Notes: a model not told the origin generated them from the letters alone. A stretch of 64,000 nt of DNA from an uncultured Candidatus Saccharibacteria bacterium (GCA_964467225.1 CAYXPQ010000003.1:4276-68275), one strand, 5' to 3'; shown: positions 1 through 11,294, counted from the first letter of the stretch. Program-made: numbers and translations.

Positions 1-3
1 ACT

Positions 4-1281
4 ATGGTACAGTTGTCTGAAATATTAACATTTCTACAGTCACCAACTGCTTATTCGTTATATGATGATGTTTTTCAAATTTTGATTACATTATCACCTA
101 TAGTTCTGGCATATATTCTCCTAATAATATTTGCTCCATTATGGGTAAATTATGTTCAGTCAAAGTTTTTTTTAAGAACTAAGACAGTTCTACTTGAAAT
201 AAGATTACCAAAAGAGACTATGAAGTCTCCGTTGGCAATGGAATTATTCCTCACCTCACTACATCAAACTGGTGGAGAAGGTAGTTGGTATGATAAGTAT
301 TGGGATGGTAAGACAAGACCTTGGTATTCACTAGAGATGGTATCTATTGAAGGGCAAATAAAGTTTTATATTTGGACAAGAGTATCTCAGAAGAGTTTTA
401 CTGAATCAAGCTTGTATGCGCAATTTCCAGGAATTGAAATACATGAAGTAGAAGATTATGCCAGATCAGTGAAGTATGATCCAAAAGAGATGAGAATGTT
501 TGCTTGCGAATTTAAACTTGTAAAGGATGATGCTTATCCAATAAAAACATATATTGACTATAATTTGGACCAAGATCCCAAAGAGGAGCTAAAGGTAGAT
601 CCATTAGCTCCACTTATTGAATATCTTGGTACTGTTGGATTCAATCAGCAAGTCTGGATACAAATAATCGTGAGGGCTCACAAAAAGGAACAGCCGAAAC
701 CAGGTCATTGGTGGAAGAAGACTGATGCATGGAAAGATCGTGCTGAGGCAGAAGTAAATAAAATAATGCAGAGAGATCCCAAGACTAAAGTTGTGGGCAA
801 AAAGGATGCTGTCTCAGGGAGAGTTATACCTCCAACATTAAGTAAAGGAGAACAAGAGACCTTAGCAGCTATTGAGAAAAGTCTAACGAAGATATCATTT
901 GATGTTGGAATTAGAGCTTTATATATTGCTAAAAAGGATTTCTTTGATGGAGCAAATATAGGAGGTATATTTGGTAGTTTTAAGCAATTCAGTTCAGAAA
1001 GCTTAAATGGATTTAGACCAAATGATGATAAGTATAGTAGAATCTTTAGTTATCCATGGCAGGATTGGAGAAATATTAGATACAATAAGCAGATGTCTAC
1101 AGCACTTGAAGCATATAAGAGGAGAATGTATTTTTACAATCCATTTCCTGAGAAGCCATTTGTACTAAATTCTGAGGAACTTGCTACGATATTTCATTTC
1201 CCAGGCCAGGTTGCTGCAGCTCCAAATCTGTACCGTGTACCGTCAAAGAAGGGTCAAGCACCATCAAATCTTCCAATATAA
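4..1281 (+). CDS. hypothetical protein, N-terminal transmembrane segment then soluble domain (possibly 5'-truncated by window edge)
   Basis: Long ORF; hydrophobic stretch ILITLSPIVLAYILLIIFAPLW near N-terminus; no family recognised by eye. Confidence 0.5.
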   Translation: MVQLSEILTFLQSPTAYSLYDDVFQILITLSPIVLAYILLIIFAPLWVNYVQSKFFLRTKTVLLEIRLPKETMKSPLAMELFLTSLHQTGGEGSWYDKYWDGKTRPWYSLEMVSIEGQIKFYIWTRVSQKSFTESSLYAQFPGIEIHEVEDYARSVKYDPKEMRMFACEFKLVKDDAYPIKTYIDYNLDQDPKEELKVDPLAPLIEYLGTVGFNQQVWIQIIVRAHKKEQPKPGHWWKKTDAWKDRAEAEVNKIMQRDPKTKVVGKKDAVSGRVIPPTLSKGEQETLAAIEKSLTKISFDVGIRALYIAKKDFFDGANIGGIFGSFKQFSSESLNGFRPNDDKYSRIFSYPWQDWRNIRYNKQMSTALEAYKRRMYFYNPFPEKPFVLNSEELATIFHFPGQVAAAPNLYRVPSKKGQAPSNLPI

Positions 1282-1284
1282 TAT

Positions 1285-2247
1285 ATGTTTTTAAAATCTT
1301 TTATAAAGAATTATACTAGAAATTTAGTACTAACTGCCTCACTAATTTTTGCCATGATGTTTATTTTTGCCTCTGTTCCTCCGTCTAATTTCCCTAAAGG
1401 ACAAATTGATGTTCATATCCCTTCCAATATATCTCTAACTAGTACTAGTGAAAGTCTTGCGAATCAAAATATTATTTCCTCACCATTTCTATTTAAGGTT
1501 TTTGTTGTTGTGTTTGGCGGACAAAGGGGATTATTCGCTGGGGATTATAGATTTACAAAGTCTGAGAATGTCATAAGAATCGCTTATAGAATGGTAAATG
1601 GAAATCAAGGTTTGCCTAAGATCAAAATAACAATTCCTGAAGGTACAAATGTATATGATATGGCCTACATATATTTGACTAAATTTAGACATTTCAATGC
1701 ACCAAGATTTGTATCACTTGCCTTGCCGTATGAAGGATACCTTTTTCCTGATACATATTATTTTCTATCTAATGTTAAACCTGAAGAAGTTATCAAAACA
1801 ATGAGAAATAACTTCGATGAAAAAATTATGAGTTTAGATCAGGATATCAAGAATTCGAACAAAATTCTAGAAGAAATAATAATCATGGCTTCGATTGTAG
1901 AAGAGGAAGAGAAAATTAGTGAAGATAGGAAAGTTATTGCAGGTATTCTATGGAAAAGATTGAATGAAGGAATACCACTTCAAGTTGATGCGCCATTCTA
2001 TTATATTACGGGTAGAAAAGGTGGATTCACTTATGATGATTTAAAAATTGATTCACCATATAATACATACAAATATAAGGGTTTGCCAAAAGGCCCAATA
2101 AGCAATCCAAGCTTGGATGCTATTAAGGCTACTCTAAACCCAGTAGCAACATCACATTATTACTATTTAACAGGTAAAGACGGCATTACTCGGTACGCTG
2201 ATACATATGATGGACATCTTAGGAACAAGAATGTATATTTGAGATAA
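1285..2247 (+). CDS. mltG: endolytic murein transglycosylase MltG (YceG-like)
   Basis: N-terminal TM anchor; YceG-type motifs PDTYYF and YKGLPKGPISNP; ATG verified. Confidence 0.8.
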   Translation: MFLKSFIKNYTRNLVLTASLIFAMMFIFASVPPSNFPKGQIDVHIPSNISLTSTSESLANQNIISSPFLFKVFVVVFGGQRGLFAGDYRFTKSENVIRIAYRMVNGNQGLPKIKITIPEGTNVYDMAYIYLTKFRHFNAPRFVSLALPYEGYLFPDTYYFLSNVKPEEVIKTMRNNFDEKIMSLDQDIKNSNKILEEIIIMASIVEEEEKISEDRKVIAGILWKRLNEGIPLQVDAPFYYITGRKGGFTYDDLKIDSPYNTYKYKGLPKGPISNPSLDAIKATLNPVATSHYYYLTGKDGITRYADTYDGHLRNKNVYLR

Positions 2248-3302
2248 TGGCAAGTGTCAAGGGAAAGAAGGTCTATATTGGTATGTCTGGGGGCGTAGAT
2301 AGCTCTGTCTCTGCTTGTCTGCTCAAAAAAGCCGGATACGAAGTAATAGGAGTCTTTATTAAGGTTTGGCAACCTGACTGGATAACTTGTACATGGAAAG
2401 AAGATAGGCTTGATGCAATGAGAGTAGCCTCAAGGTTAGATATTCCATTCATTACTCTTGATTTGGAGAAAGAATATAAAGAAGAGGTTGTAGATTATAT
2501 GATAAATGAGTATAAAACAGGACGAACGCCAAATCCCGATGTAATGTGCAATCGTTCCGTGAAGTTTGGCGGGTTTTACAATTGGGCCATGAAACAAGGT
2601 GCTGATTATGTTGCTACTGGTCATTATGCTATTAGTAAAGATAATAAACTCATAGCTGGTAATGACAAAAACAAAGACCAAACATATTTCTTATGGACCT
2701 TGACTAAAGAACAAATATCAAGAACACTATTCCCTGTGGGTAACATTGAGAAACCAGAGGTTAGAAAACTAGCAAAAAAGTTTAATTTACCTAATGCAGA
2801 TAAAAAGGATAGCCAAGGTTTATGCTTTATAGGTAAAATTGATATAAAAGAATTTCTTTCTCATTATATTGAATCACAGAAGGGGAATGTTTTGGACGAA
2901 AAAGGAAATGTGATTGGTGAACACAATGGTGCATTCTTTTTCACTATTGGAGAAAGACATGGATTCAATATTACCAAGAAGTCTCCAAATGATGAGCCAT
3001 ATTATGTTATTTCAAAAAACATAGATAATAATACTATTACTGTTGCTAATAAGAATTCAGAGGGTGATCTTCCAAATGCTACTACAACTGTAAAATTAAA
3101 AAATGTAAATTGGAATCAAGGGGAAATATTGCTAAATAAAAATTTAAAAGCCCGTTCTCGATATAGAGCACCTTTGCAAAATATTAAATTTATAAATGAG
3201 AATATAGTTGAATTTGAAAAGCCACAAGATACTTTGTCATCCGGACAATCATTAGTATTCTATGATGGAGAAGTGTGTCTGGGTGGAGGGGTTATAATAT
3301 AA
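2247..3302 (+). CDS. mnmA: tRNA-specific 2-thiouridylase MnmA
   Basis: PP-loop SGGVDSS near N-terminus, conserved Cys (CTW, GLCF), full-length 351 aa. Confidence 0.9.
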   Translation: MASVKGKKVYIGMSGGVDSSVSACLLKKAGYEVIGVFIKVWQPDWITCTWKEDRLDAMRVASRLDIPFITLDLEKEYKEEVVDYMINEYKTGRTPNPDVMCNRSVKFGGFYNWAMKQGADYVATGHYAISKDNKLIAGNDKNKDQTYFLWTLTKEQISRTLFPVGNIEKPEVRKLAKKFNLPNADKKDSQGLCFIGKIDIKEFLSHYIESQKGNVLDEKGNVIGEHNGAFFFTIGERHGFNITKKSPNDEPYYVISKNIDNNTITVANKNSEGDLPNATTTVKLKNVNWNQGEILLNKNLKARSRYRAPLQNIKFINENIVEFEKPQDTLSSGQSLVFYDGEVCLGGGVII

Positions 3303-3320
3303 TATGTTATAATTTCCCAC

Positions 3321-4160
3321 ATGAATCACTTGATCACAATCACCAAAGCTGACGGAGCTAGAGAATTATTCGAACAGAGTAAATTGGAATCATCACTTAG
3401 AAATGCAGGAGGTAATGATCAGATAATAGAGGAGATAATAGAACATATAGGCAAGGAAATGTACGATGGAATGCCAACTCATGAGATATATTCTCGTGCA
3501 TTCAAGCTACTTAGAGAGCATTCAATGCCTATTGCGGTTAAATATTCTCTAAGAAGGGCTCTTTCTGATTTGGGACCTGATGGATTTCCATTTGAGAAAT
3601 ATGTCGCAAAGATATTTGAAGCGTGGGGATATCAAGCTATTACTGATCAGACTGTAATGGGTGCATGCGTACCGCATGAGATAGATGTTGTAGCTTGGAA
3701 TCAAAATGATTTGGCAATGGTGGAGGCTAAATTTCATAATGAATTAGGGATGAAATCTGATATAAAAGTTGCGCTATATATAAAAGCAAGATTTGATGAT
3801 TTAAAAGGTAACATGTTTGATTATGGAGGTATAAGGAGAACTCTTACTTCGGGATGGTTGATCACAAATACAAAATTTACTGATCAAGCTATAAAATACG
3901 GTGAATGTAATGGTCTAAAAATGATAGGTTGGAATTATCCAGCAAAGGGCAATCTTCAAGACATTATTGAAGAACTACATTTGCACCCATTAACTTGTCT
4001 GGTATCACTTAATAATGCAAATAAGAGAGAACTATTGAACCAAGGCATGGTTCTTTGTATGGATATTTATAACAATCAATCTTCATTAAACAAAATAAAT
4101 ATGCCAAATGATCAAATAAATAGTGTAATTGCAGAAATAAAAGAAGTTTGTGGATTATAG
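3321..4160 (+). CDS. ATP-cone domain fused to Mrr/PD-(D/E)xK restriction-endonuclease-like domain
   Basis: N-term ITKADGARELFEQSKLESSLRNAG...YSRAFKLL resembles NrdR/RNR ATP-cone; C-term HEIDVVAW...VEAKF is a D..(D/E)xK nuclease core. Confidence 0.6.
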   Translation: MNHLITITKADGARELFEQSKLESSLRNAGGNDQIIEEIIEHIGKEMYDGMPTHEIYSRAFKLLREHSMPIAVKYSLRRALSDLGPDGFPFEKYVAKIFEAWGYQAITDQTVMGACVPHEIDVVAWNQNDLAMVEAKFHNELGMKSDIKVALYIKARFDDLKGNMFDYGGIRRTLTSGWLITNTKFTDQAIKYGECNGLKMIGWNYPAKGNLQDIIEELHLHPLTCLVSLNNANKRELLNQGMVLCMDIYNNQSSLNKINMPNDQINSVIAEIKEVCGL

Positions 4161-4162
4161 AA

Positions 4163-4741
4163 ATGTCAAAAATAGATGAATTAGAGAAAATAAAAGATGA
4201 GGTATTAAATTTGGTTGATTCTCCTTTATATAAATATAGAACCGAGAATAAATATTTACCTGTTATTGGAGAAGGAAATCATGATGCAAAAATTGTATTT
4301 ATAGGAGAAGCGCCAGGTAGAAATGAAGCTATGACAGGACGTCCATTCTGTGGCGCAGCTGGAAAGATTCTAGATGAGCTATTGGCAACTATAAATTTTA
4401 ATAGAAAGGATATTTACATAACAAATATAGTAAAAGACAGACCTCAGATGAATAGAGATCCTCTGCCTAGTGAAATAGAAATATACGGACCTTTCCTTGA
4501 TAGACAAATAGAAATAATCAAACCTAAAGTTATAGTTACTCTTGGTCGGTATGCTATGAATTATATTATGAAAAAATACGACTTAGACTTAGAAATAGAA
4601 CCAATTGGTAGAGCTCATGGGAAGGTCTATAAAGCTCAAGGAATAGATATTGTTGCGCTATACCATCCTTGTGTGGCAATATATAATCGTAGGACATTAA
4701 ATACCCTTATAGATGACGTCAAGATTCTCAAAAACTATTGA
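4163..4741 (+). CDS. uracil-DNA glycosylase, family 4
   Basis: GEAPGRNE and [13 protein letters not shown] motifs; track ORF begins with TTG at 4148, first ATG at 4163. Confidence 0.85.
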   Translation: MSKIDELEKIKDEVLNLVDSPLYKYRTENKYLPVIGEGNHDAKIVFIGEAPGRNEAMTGRPFCGAAGKILDELLATINFNRKDIYITNIVKDRPQMNRDPLPSEIEIYGPFLDRQIEIIKPKVIVTLGRYAMNYIMKKYDLDLEIEPIGRAHGKVYKAQGIDIVALYHPCVAIYNRRTLNTLIDDVKILKNY

Positions 4742-6542
4742 TTTGCTGGAGTATTTAAATAACACATATAGTAGACTTCATACAATGTATGAGAAAGCCT
4801 TTTGGGTTTCCTATATGGGTGATCATGGTGTTGATAAGAGAATGCAAAAGGCTCAAGAAGCAAGAGATAAATTTCGTTCAAATAGCAAGTTAAAATCTGA
4901 AGTTGAATTTCATTTAAAAAAGAATAAAGGAGAAATTAAAAAAAGATTAGAGAATTGGAATAGATTTTTTAGCTTATTTGTCACTCCTTCAGAAGCTTTG
5001 GCAATTAAGAAAAAAGTCGCTGAACTTGAGGCTAGGGTTTTAAAAAGGCATTCAACACGCAAGGAAGGCTATATTGATCCTCAAACAAATAATTTTGTTG
5101 AGGCATCATTTAACAAAATGCGTACAATAATGCGGACTAGTCCCAACGAAGCAATTCGTAAGGCATGTTTTGATGCTACAGAAGAATTAGCTTTGGATAG
5201 TTTGGATGAGTATGTTGAAATTATAAAGGGCAGGAATAAATTTGCTCAAATCTTGGGCTATGAAGATTTTTATGATTACAAAATTCATATTGATGAAGGA
5301 ATAACGAAGGACCAATTATTCAAGATTTTCGATCAGATATATGACAAAACTAAGTATGCTTTTGACGGATTAAGAATGCTCGAGAAAGAAAAGCCGGGAT
5401 TAAGAAAACAGTGGAATTTCAACTATATGATGTCTGGTAATTTTACTAAAGAAGAAGATCCATATTTTCAATTTGAAAATGCGTTGATGTATTGGGGAAG
5501 ATCATTTGATGCGCTTGGAATTGATTTTCAAAAGGGAAGCATAACTCTAGATTTGATAGATAGGAAAGGTAAATACAGCAATGGATTCTGTCATTATCCG
5601 ACAATTATTAATTATAAAAAGGGTAAGATAGTTCCAGCTTCTGCAAATTTTACTTCAAATGCAGTGCCAAATCAAGTAGGTGCAGGTATTCAAGCTTTAA
5701 ATACACTATTTCATGAAGCGGGACATGCAGCAGATAGGCTTAATTCTATTCAAAGAGACACATGTTTAAATACTGAGTATCCACCTTCCACTGTATCTTG
5801 GGCAGAAACACATAGTATGTTCATGGATACTATTTCAAGTAGTATTGAATGGAAAATTAGATATGCAAAGGATAAAGATGGTAGACCCTATCCTTTTGAA
5901 TTATATGAGAGGAAATTAAAAGCAGTGTTTCCTCTAATTCCATTAGAAATGATGCATGTAATGTTTGTAATGGAATTTGAAAGAATTATTTATGAATGTA
6001 AAAATTTAACTAAGGATTTTGTTATTGAAACAGCTAAGAAAGTTAATAGAAAATATTTTGACAGAGTAGAGGATTCAGTATATGTATTGAATGTTCCTCA
6101 TATATATTCTTGGGAAAGCTCTGCTTACTATCATGGTTATGGTTTAGCAGAATTAGGCGTGCGTCAATGGCGAGATTATTTCTTTAAAAAGTATGGCTAT
6201 ATTGTTGATAATCCAAATATTGGAAAAGAAATGATTAAGATATGGAAATACGGTTCTCTATTCAGTTCTGGTAAATTTATAAAAATGGCAACAGGTAAGT
6301 CGCTAAGTGCAAATGCATTTATAAAAAATGTAACAAGATCATACGAAGAAATGATAAAGATATCAAAACAAAAAATAAACAGACTGAATAAAATTCCATT
6401 AACAATAAGGCCAGTTAATTTAAATGCTAAAATTACATTAGTACATGGTAAGCAGAAGATTGCAGATAATAGTAAGAGTTTTGAAGAGATGGATAGGAAA
6501 TATAGGGAGTGGCTAAAAAGCTTTATAGATAAAGGATTTTAA
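4713..6542 (+). CDS. zinc metallopeptidase, M3/M32-like (probable oligoendopeptidase)
   Basis: HEAGHA zinc-binding HExxH motif in a ~600 aa protein; alternative start MYEKAF at 4785 would avoid overlap with UDG. Confidence 0.55.
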   Translation: MTSRFSKTIDLLEYLNNTYSRLHTMYEKAFWVSYMGDHGVDKRMQKAQEARDKFRSNSKLKSEVEFHLKKNKGEIKKRLENWNRFFSLFVTPSEALAIKKKVAELEARVLKRHSTRKEGYIDPQTNNFVEASFNKMRTIMRTSPNEAIRKACFDATEELALDSLDEYVEIIKGRNKFAQILGYEDFYDYKIHIDEGITKDQLFKIFDQIYDKTKYAFDGLRMLEKEKPGLRKQWNFNYMMSGNFTKEEDPYFQFENALMYWGRSFDALGIDFQKGSITLDLIDRKGKYSNGFCHYPTIINYKKGKIVPASANFTSNAVPNQVGAGIQALNTLFHEAGHAADRLNSIQRDTCLNTEYPPSTVSWAETHSMFMDTISSSIEWKIRYAKDKDGRPYPFELYERKLKAVFPLIPLEMMHVMFVMEFERIIYECKNLTKDFVIETAKKVNRKYFDRVEDSVYVLNVPHIYSWESSAYYHGYGLAELGVRQWRDYFFKKYGYIVDNPNIGKEMIKIWKYGSLFSSGKFIKMATGKSLSANAFIKNVTRSYEEMIKISKQKINRLNKIPLTIRPVNLNAKITLVHGKQKIADNSKSFEEMDRKYREWLKSFIDKGF

Positions 6543-6621
6543 ACAGGAACTTGGTTTGTTGATGTTCGGATAAATGGTGTAAAACGATGAAAAAAAGTCA
6601 ACTTTATGCTAAACTCACTTC

Positions 6622-8388
6622 ATGAATTCAGCAGAAATACGCAATAGATTTCTTAAATTTTTTGAGAAAAGGGGACATGTAATCATCCCTTCAGCTTCAC
6701 TTGTAACCCCAGATGAGAAAGGTATTACAAATCCAACTCTATTTAATACTGCCGGTATGCAACCACTTGTACCATATCTTCTCGGTGAACCTCATCCCCA
6801 AGGCACAAGACTTGTAGATGTTCAGAAGGTATTGAGAACAGTTGATATAGACGATATAGGCGATAAAACTCATGCAACATTTTTTGAAATGTTAGGTAAT
6901 TGGTCATTGGGTGATTATTTCAAACAAGAAGCAATAAATTGGAGTTATGATTTTCTAACTAGCAAGGAAGAAGGTTTAGGGCTTGATCCAAATAGACTTT
7001 ATGTAACAGTTTTTGAAGGGGATGAGAATGCTCCAAGAGACGAAGAAGCTGCAAATATATGGCGAGAAATATTCTCTAAAAATAAAATAGAAGGAAACAG
7101 AATATTCTATTTGCCAGCCAAGAAGAATTGGTGGGAGGCAGGAGATAATGGTCCTTGTGGTCCAGATACTGAAATGTACTATGATGTTTCTAATAAATTT
7201 AAAGGTAAAGGCTTGACACATGAAGAGTTCCTGAAAGCAGATGATAACAGAGATGTTGTTGAGATTTGGAATGATGTGTTCATGCAATACGAGAAGAAGG
7301 ATGGCAAAATAATTGCTAAATTACCTAAGCCTTCTGTTGATACTGGTGCAGGGCTTGAAAGATTGTGTATGACATTACAGGGTGTTGATAATATTTATGA
7401 TACGGATTTATTGAAGTCTACAATTGATAAGATAAAATTAATATCTTCAAATTATAATGAGAAGTCAGCTAGAATTGTAGCTGATCATGTACGAGCTTCT
7501 GTGATGTTGATTTCTGATGGAGTTATTCCAAGTAACAGCGATAGGGGTTATGTTCTGCGAAAATTAATTCGTCGAGCAGTTAGACATTTTGATAAATTAC
7601 AAATAAATTCAAATATTATTGAGATAGTTGAAAATATTCAAAATAAGTATAAAGACATTTACAACAATGTTGTAGATTCTAGTATATTAAATGTGATTAA
7701 GGATGAAGAAATAAAGTTTAAGGAGACTCTATCTCGTGGATTAAAAGAATTTGAAAAAGGCACCGACGCATTTACTTTATTTTCGAGTTATGGATTTCCT
7801 TTAGAATTAACTTTGGAATTAGCAAAAGAGAAAGGTGTTGGTGTGGATGTGAAGGATTTTGAAGATAAATTTAGAAGTCATCAGGAATTATCAAGAAAAG
7901 GTGCTGAGCAGAAATTCAAGGGTGGTCTTGCTGATACAAGTGAAATGTCAGTTAAGTATCACACAGCTACACATCTTCTTCATCAAGCATTACATGATGT
8001 TTTAGGTGATAAGGTGATGCAAAAGGGTTCAAATATTACCCCAGAAAGATTAAGATTCGATTTTGCACATGGTTCAAAGATGACAGATGAAGAGAAGAAA
8101 AAAGTAGAGGACATGGTAAATTCAAAAATTGCAGAGGCATTACCAGTCAATCAAGTAATGATGCTGAGAACAGAAGCAGAGAAGACTGACGCTAGACATT
8201 TCTTTGGTGAGAAATACGGTGATGAAGTATCAATATATTATATTGGTAAGGATTTAAATTCCGCTTACTCGAAAGAGTTTTGTGGTGGTCCACATGTAAA
8301 GAATACTAGTGAATTAGGTAAATTTAAAATCCAAAAAGAAGAAGCAGTATCTGCTGGTGTAAGAAGAATTAAAGCGGTCTTGCAATAA
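6622..8388 (+). CDS. alaS: alanyl-tRNA synthetase, compact form (588 aa, lacks C-Ala domain)
   Basis: Class II AlaRS N-terminus FLKFFEKRGH..., FEMLGNWSLGDYFK, editing-domain HxxxH (HTATHLLHQALHDVLG) and CGGPHV. Confidence 0.9.
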   Translation: MNSAEIRNRFLKFFEKRGHVIIPSASLVTPDEKGITNPTLFNTAGMQPLVPYLLGEPHPQGTRLVDVQKVLRTVDIDDIGDKTHATFFEMLGNWSLGDYFKQEAINWSYDFLTSKEEGLGLDPNRLYVTVFEGDENAPRDEEAANIWREIFSKNKIEGNRIFYLPAKKNWWEAGDNGPCGPDTEMYYDVSNKFKGKGLTHEEFLKADDNRDVVEIWNDVFMQYEKKDGKIIAKLPKPSVDTGAGLERLCMTLQGVDNIYDTDLLKSTIDKIKLISSNYNEKSARIVADHVRASVMLISDGVIPSNSDRGYVLRKLIRRAVRHFDKLQINSNIIEIVENIQNKYKDIYNNVVDSSILNVIKDEEIKFKETLSRGLKEFEKGTDAFTLFSSYGFPLELTLELAKEKGVGVDVKDFEDKFRSHQELSRKGAEQKFKGGLADTSEMSVKYHTATHLLHQALHDVLGDKVMQKGSNITPERLRFDFAHGSKMTDEEKKKVEDMVNSKIAEALPVNQVMMLRTEAEKTDARHFFGEKYGDEVSIYYIGKDLNSAYSKEFCGGPHVKNTSELGKFKIQKEEAVSAGVRRIKAVLQ

Positions 8389-8418
8389 TATTATATGTTT
8401 GTGTTATAATATCTTCGT

Positions 8419-9486
8419 ATGTTTTCTATAACTTCTCAAAGTACGAAGGATGATTTAATCTTAGTCTTCGATATTCAAAGTGGTCAAATAAATGGAGCTT
8501 TGTCTGCTCTTAAAAAAGATAAAAAACTTGAAATAGTTAATTCTAGATCAAAATTAATTTCTAGAACTAGACATATGAATACTAATTTATATATAAGAAC
8601 AATGATAAGCTCACTGTCAGATTTAGCACATGAACTTGCGGGTAGTCACCATATTTCTCAGGCCCAAATAATCCTTTCTTCTCCCTGGATAGTATCTCAG
8701 TCTAAGACAATAAAATTAAAATTTGAGAAGGATACCGTTATTACCTCAAAATTAGTAGATAATTTGATAGAGGAAGCCTCAGAGAAGAATTCATTTGATG
8801 AGGATTCAATATATATTGAAAAGAAGATTTTTGATATTAAACTAAATGGCTATAGTGTTACAAAGTATATTGATAGATCTGCAGGAAGTATCAGTATTTC
8901 TTTTGCAACAACAATATCATCCAATAAACTTTTAAATATGATTAAGGATACTATTAAAAAGCCATTTTCATTATCTAAAATCGAGTATCATTCAAGTCTA
9001 TTGCTAAATTATATTTCTCTAAGGAAATTAGTAACTGATATGAATGATTATATATATATTCATGTTCATGCAGAACTTACAGATATCGTTGTAGTTAAAA
9101 ATGCTATTTGCGCTCATATTTCTTCATTTCCTATGGGGGTAAATGGATTAATCAAAAGAGTTTCTCAAGGGCTGAAGATGGATGAAACTATAGTAGATTC
9201 AACATTATCTATGTATAAAGATGGCAAACTTAATGCAGACGAAAAAGTCAGAATAACTTCTAAGCTCGATGAATATTCAAATGATTGGCTTAATAATTAC
9301 TCCAGCTTACTTGAAAAATCTATGAGTAGAGAATTATTGCCAGAGATTATTTATATTTCTGCAACTTCCCGTGTCGATATTTATAAAGATATATTAAAAT
9401 CAAAATTTTCTGAGGATATACATTTCTTTGATCTAGATGTTGATACAATGGTTGTACACACTTTAGCATTAAGTGATGTGATATAA
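8419..9486 (+). CDS. hypothetical protein, possibly divergent actin-like ATPase (FtsA/PilM-like)
   Basis: N-term LILVFDIQSGQINGAL resembles phosphate-1 loop of the actin/Hsp70 fold; weak. Confidence 0.35.
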   Translation: MFSITSQSTKDDLILVFDIQSGQINGALSALKKDKKLEIVNSRSKLISRTRHMNTNLYIRTMISSLSDLAHELAGSHHISQAQIILSSPWIVSQSKTIKLKFEKDTVITSKLVDNLIEEASEKNSFDEDSIYIEKKIFDIKLNGYSVTKYIDRSAGSISISFATTISSNKLLNMIKDTIKKPFSLSKIEYHSSLLLNYISLRKLVTDMNDYIYIHVHAELTDIVVVKNAICAHISSFPMGVNGLIKRVSQGLKMDETIVDSTLSMYKDGKLNADEKVRITSKLDEYSNDWLNNYSSLLEKSMSRELLPEIIYISATSRVDIYKDILKSKFSEDIHFFDLDVDTMVVHTLALSDVI

Positions 9487-9496
9487 TATAAAAAAT

Positions 9497-10981
9497 ATGT
9501 CAGCTAAAAGAATAGTACAAGATATTGTCCCATCAAACAAAAGATCAATAAGATCTGTAAAACCTAGTATGGTCCGCAAAAATTTAAATGTAGTTGACCA
9601 AGATCCAGATGAAATAATAAAGATAAATAACAGATCAAATTTCAAAAATTCCATCAAGGAAATACATGAGTATGAGGATGAGGGTAGGTCGTGGAGTGAG
9701 GAATTTCCAGTTGTTGTCAAAAAGAAGGATTCAAGTGTTAAGGCAAGATCATCTGCTGAATTACCACAAATAAAACAACAAATACCTGTAACCCAATATT
9801 CATCTTCAAATTATACAAAATCCTCTAAGAATAAATTTTCAAAAATTATTACCTTTTTGGCTGTATTTATTTGTGTAGCAACTATAGCCTTAGCATTATC
9901 CTTGTTATACACCAAGGCTCTTGTAACAATAGTTCCATCTAGTATTCCAATAGAAGTAAATGGTAATTTTCTTGCCAAAAAAGATTCAACTAGTGCTGAT
10001 GTATTAGGATATAAGGTTGTATCTATTAATTTTGATGAATATAAAGATGTCCCCGCAACAGATGGTCCTTTAGTTCAGACTAAATCAAAAGGTACTATTA
10101 CCTTGTATAATAATTACAGTACTAGTTCACAGAAGATTCTGGCAGGAACGAGAGTTGTAAATTCTAAGAATCAAATATACAAGACTACATGGTCTGTTGT
10201 AATTCCTGCTAGAAAGATAGATAAAGGCAAAATCGTTCCAGGAGCAATAGATGTTGGAATTATTGCTGATCAGCCTGGTATTGAGTATGATATGTCGATT
10301 TTAACCGAGACAGCTTTAGATTTTACAATTCCAGCATTCAAAAATACACCTAGATACACAACAGTAACAGGTAGGTTAAAGAAAGACCTGGTAGGTGGAT
10401 TCAATAGTAAAAAGAAAATAATTTCTCCTGAAATTGAAAAAGTTGCCTATCAAGAAGTTGAGATGCAATTAAAGGATAAATTATTAAAAAACATAAAGCT
10501 TGCTGTACCTGATGATTTAATATTATTTGACGATTCTTATATAATTGAATACCAAAAGTTACCTATAATTAATACTGATTCCTCAACAGCCAAGATAGGT
10601 AGTAAGGGTACACTCTATGGAGTTATATTTAATTCTAAGTCATTGCTTGATGAATTAGCACGAAAACAAATTGATGAAAATCGCCTACAAACATATAAGA
10701 TTGATGGATTAAAATCATTGAAATTTACGATGCTTAATACAAAGGATAATCCCATTAAAAGGGGTTTACCTATAAGCTTTAATCTTGATGGATCTATAAA
10801 GATTACGGGTACATTCTCAGAGTCAGAACTCAAAAATAAGCTGCTTTCAATTAAGCTAGATCAGATGAATACTATTATTAAGCAATACCCATCCATTAGA
10901 AGTGTATCAGTAGTATTGACTCCATTCTGGATGAGAAGATTCCCTAATTCTGTTGATAATATTATCTTTGAATACAAGTAG
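9497..10981 (+). CDS. hypothetical membrane-anchored protein (basic cytoplasmic N-terminus, single TM, large extracytoplasmic domain)
   Basis: TM segment ITFLAVFICVATIALALSLLY at ~aa 118-138; no family recognised. Confidence 0.5.
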   Translation: MSAKRIVQDIVPSNKRSIRSVKPSMVRKNLNVVDQDPDEIIKINNRSNFKNSIKEIHEYEDEGRSWSEEFPVVVKKKDSSVKARSSAELPQIKQQIPVTQYSSSNYTKSSKNKFSKIITFLAVFICVATIALALSLLYTKALVTIVPSSIPIEVNGNFLAKKDSTSADVLGYKVVSINFDEYKDVPATDGPLVQTKSKGTITLYNNYSTSSQKILAGTRVVNSKNQIYKTTWSVVIPARKIDKGKIVPGAIDVGIIADQPGIEYDMSILTETALDFTIPAFKNTPRYTTVTGRLKKDLVGGFNSKKKIISPEIEKVAYQEVEMQLKDKLLKNIKLAVPDDLILFDDSYIIEYQKLPIINTDSSTAKIGSKGTLYGVIFNSKSLLDELARKQIDENRLQTYKIDGLKSLKFTMLNTKDNPIKRGLPISFNLDGSIKITGTFSESELKNKLLSIKLDQMNTIIKQYPSIRSVSVVLTPFWMRRFPNSVDNIIFEYK

Positions 10982-11033
10982 GTATTGACATTATTATACT
11001 AGTTTTGTTAGTATACCTAGACGCGCCAAATTG

Positions 11034-11273
11034 ATGGATTTAAACAAAAACACCACCAACAATCAAATTACCCCAATGAATATATTTGGAGTAGTTATAG
11101 AGGCTTTGCCCAACACATTGTTCAGGGTAAAGTTGGATGGTAAGGAAGAAATAGTTCTGGCGTATTTAGCAGGTAAAATGCGAATGCACAGAATACGCGT
11201 TTTAATAGGTGATAGAGTTGAGCTTGCTTTAGATTCATATGGTGGGAGAGCTCGTATTATAAAAAGATTATAA
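11034..11273 (+). CDS. infA: translation initiation factor IF-1
   Basis: LPNTLFRV...GKMRMHRIRVLIGDRVELAL... matches S1-like IF-1 fold; track start 11031 is TTG, ATG at 11034; internal ATG at 11076 also possible. Confidence 0.85.
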   Translation: MDLNKNTTNNQITPMNIFGVVIEALPNTLFRVKLDGKEEIVLAYLAGKMRMHRIRVLIGDRVELALDSYGGRARIIKRL

Positions 11274-11294
11274 TTTAGAATATTAATTTACAGT

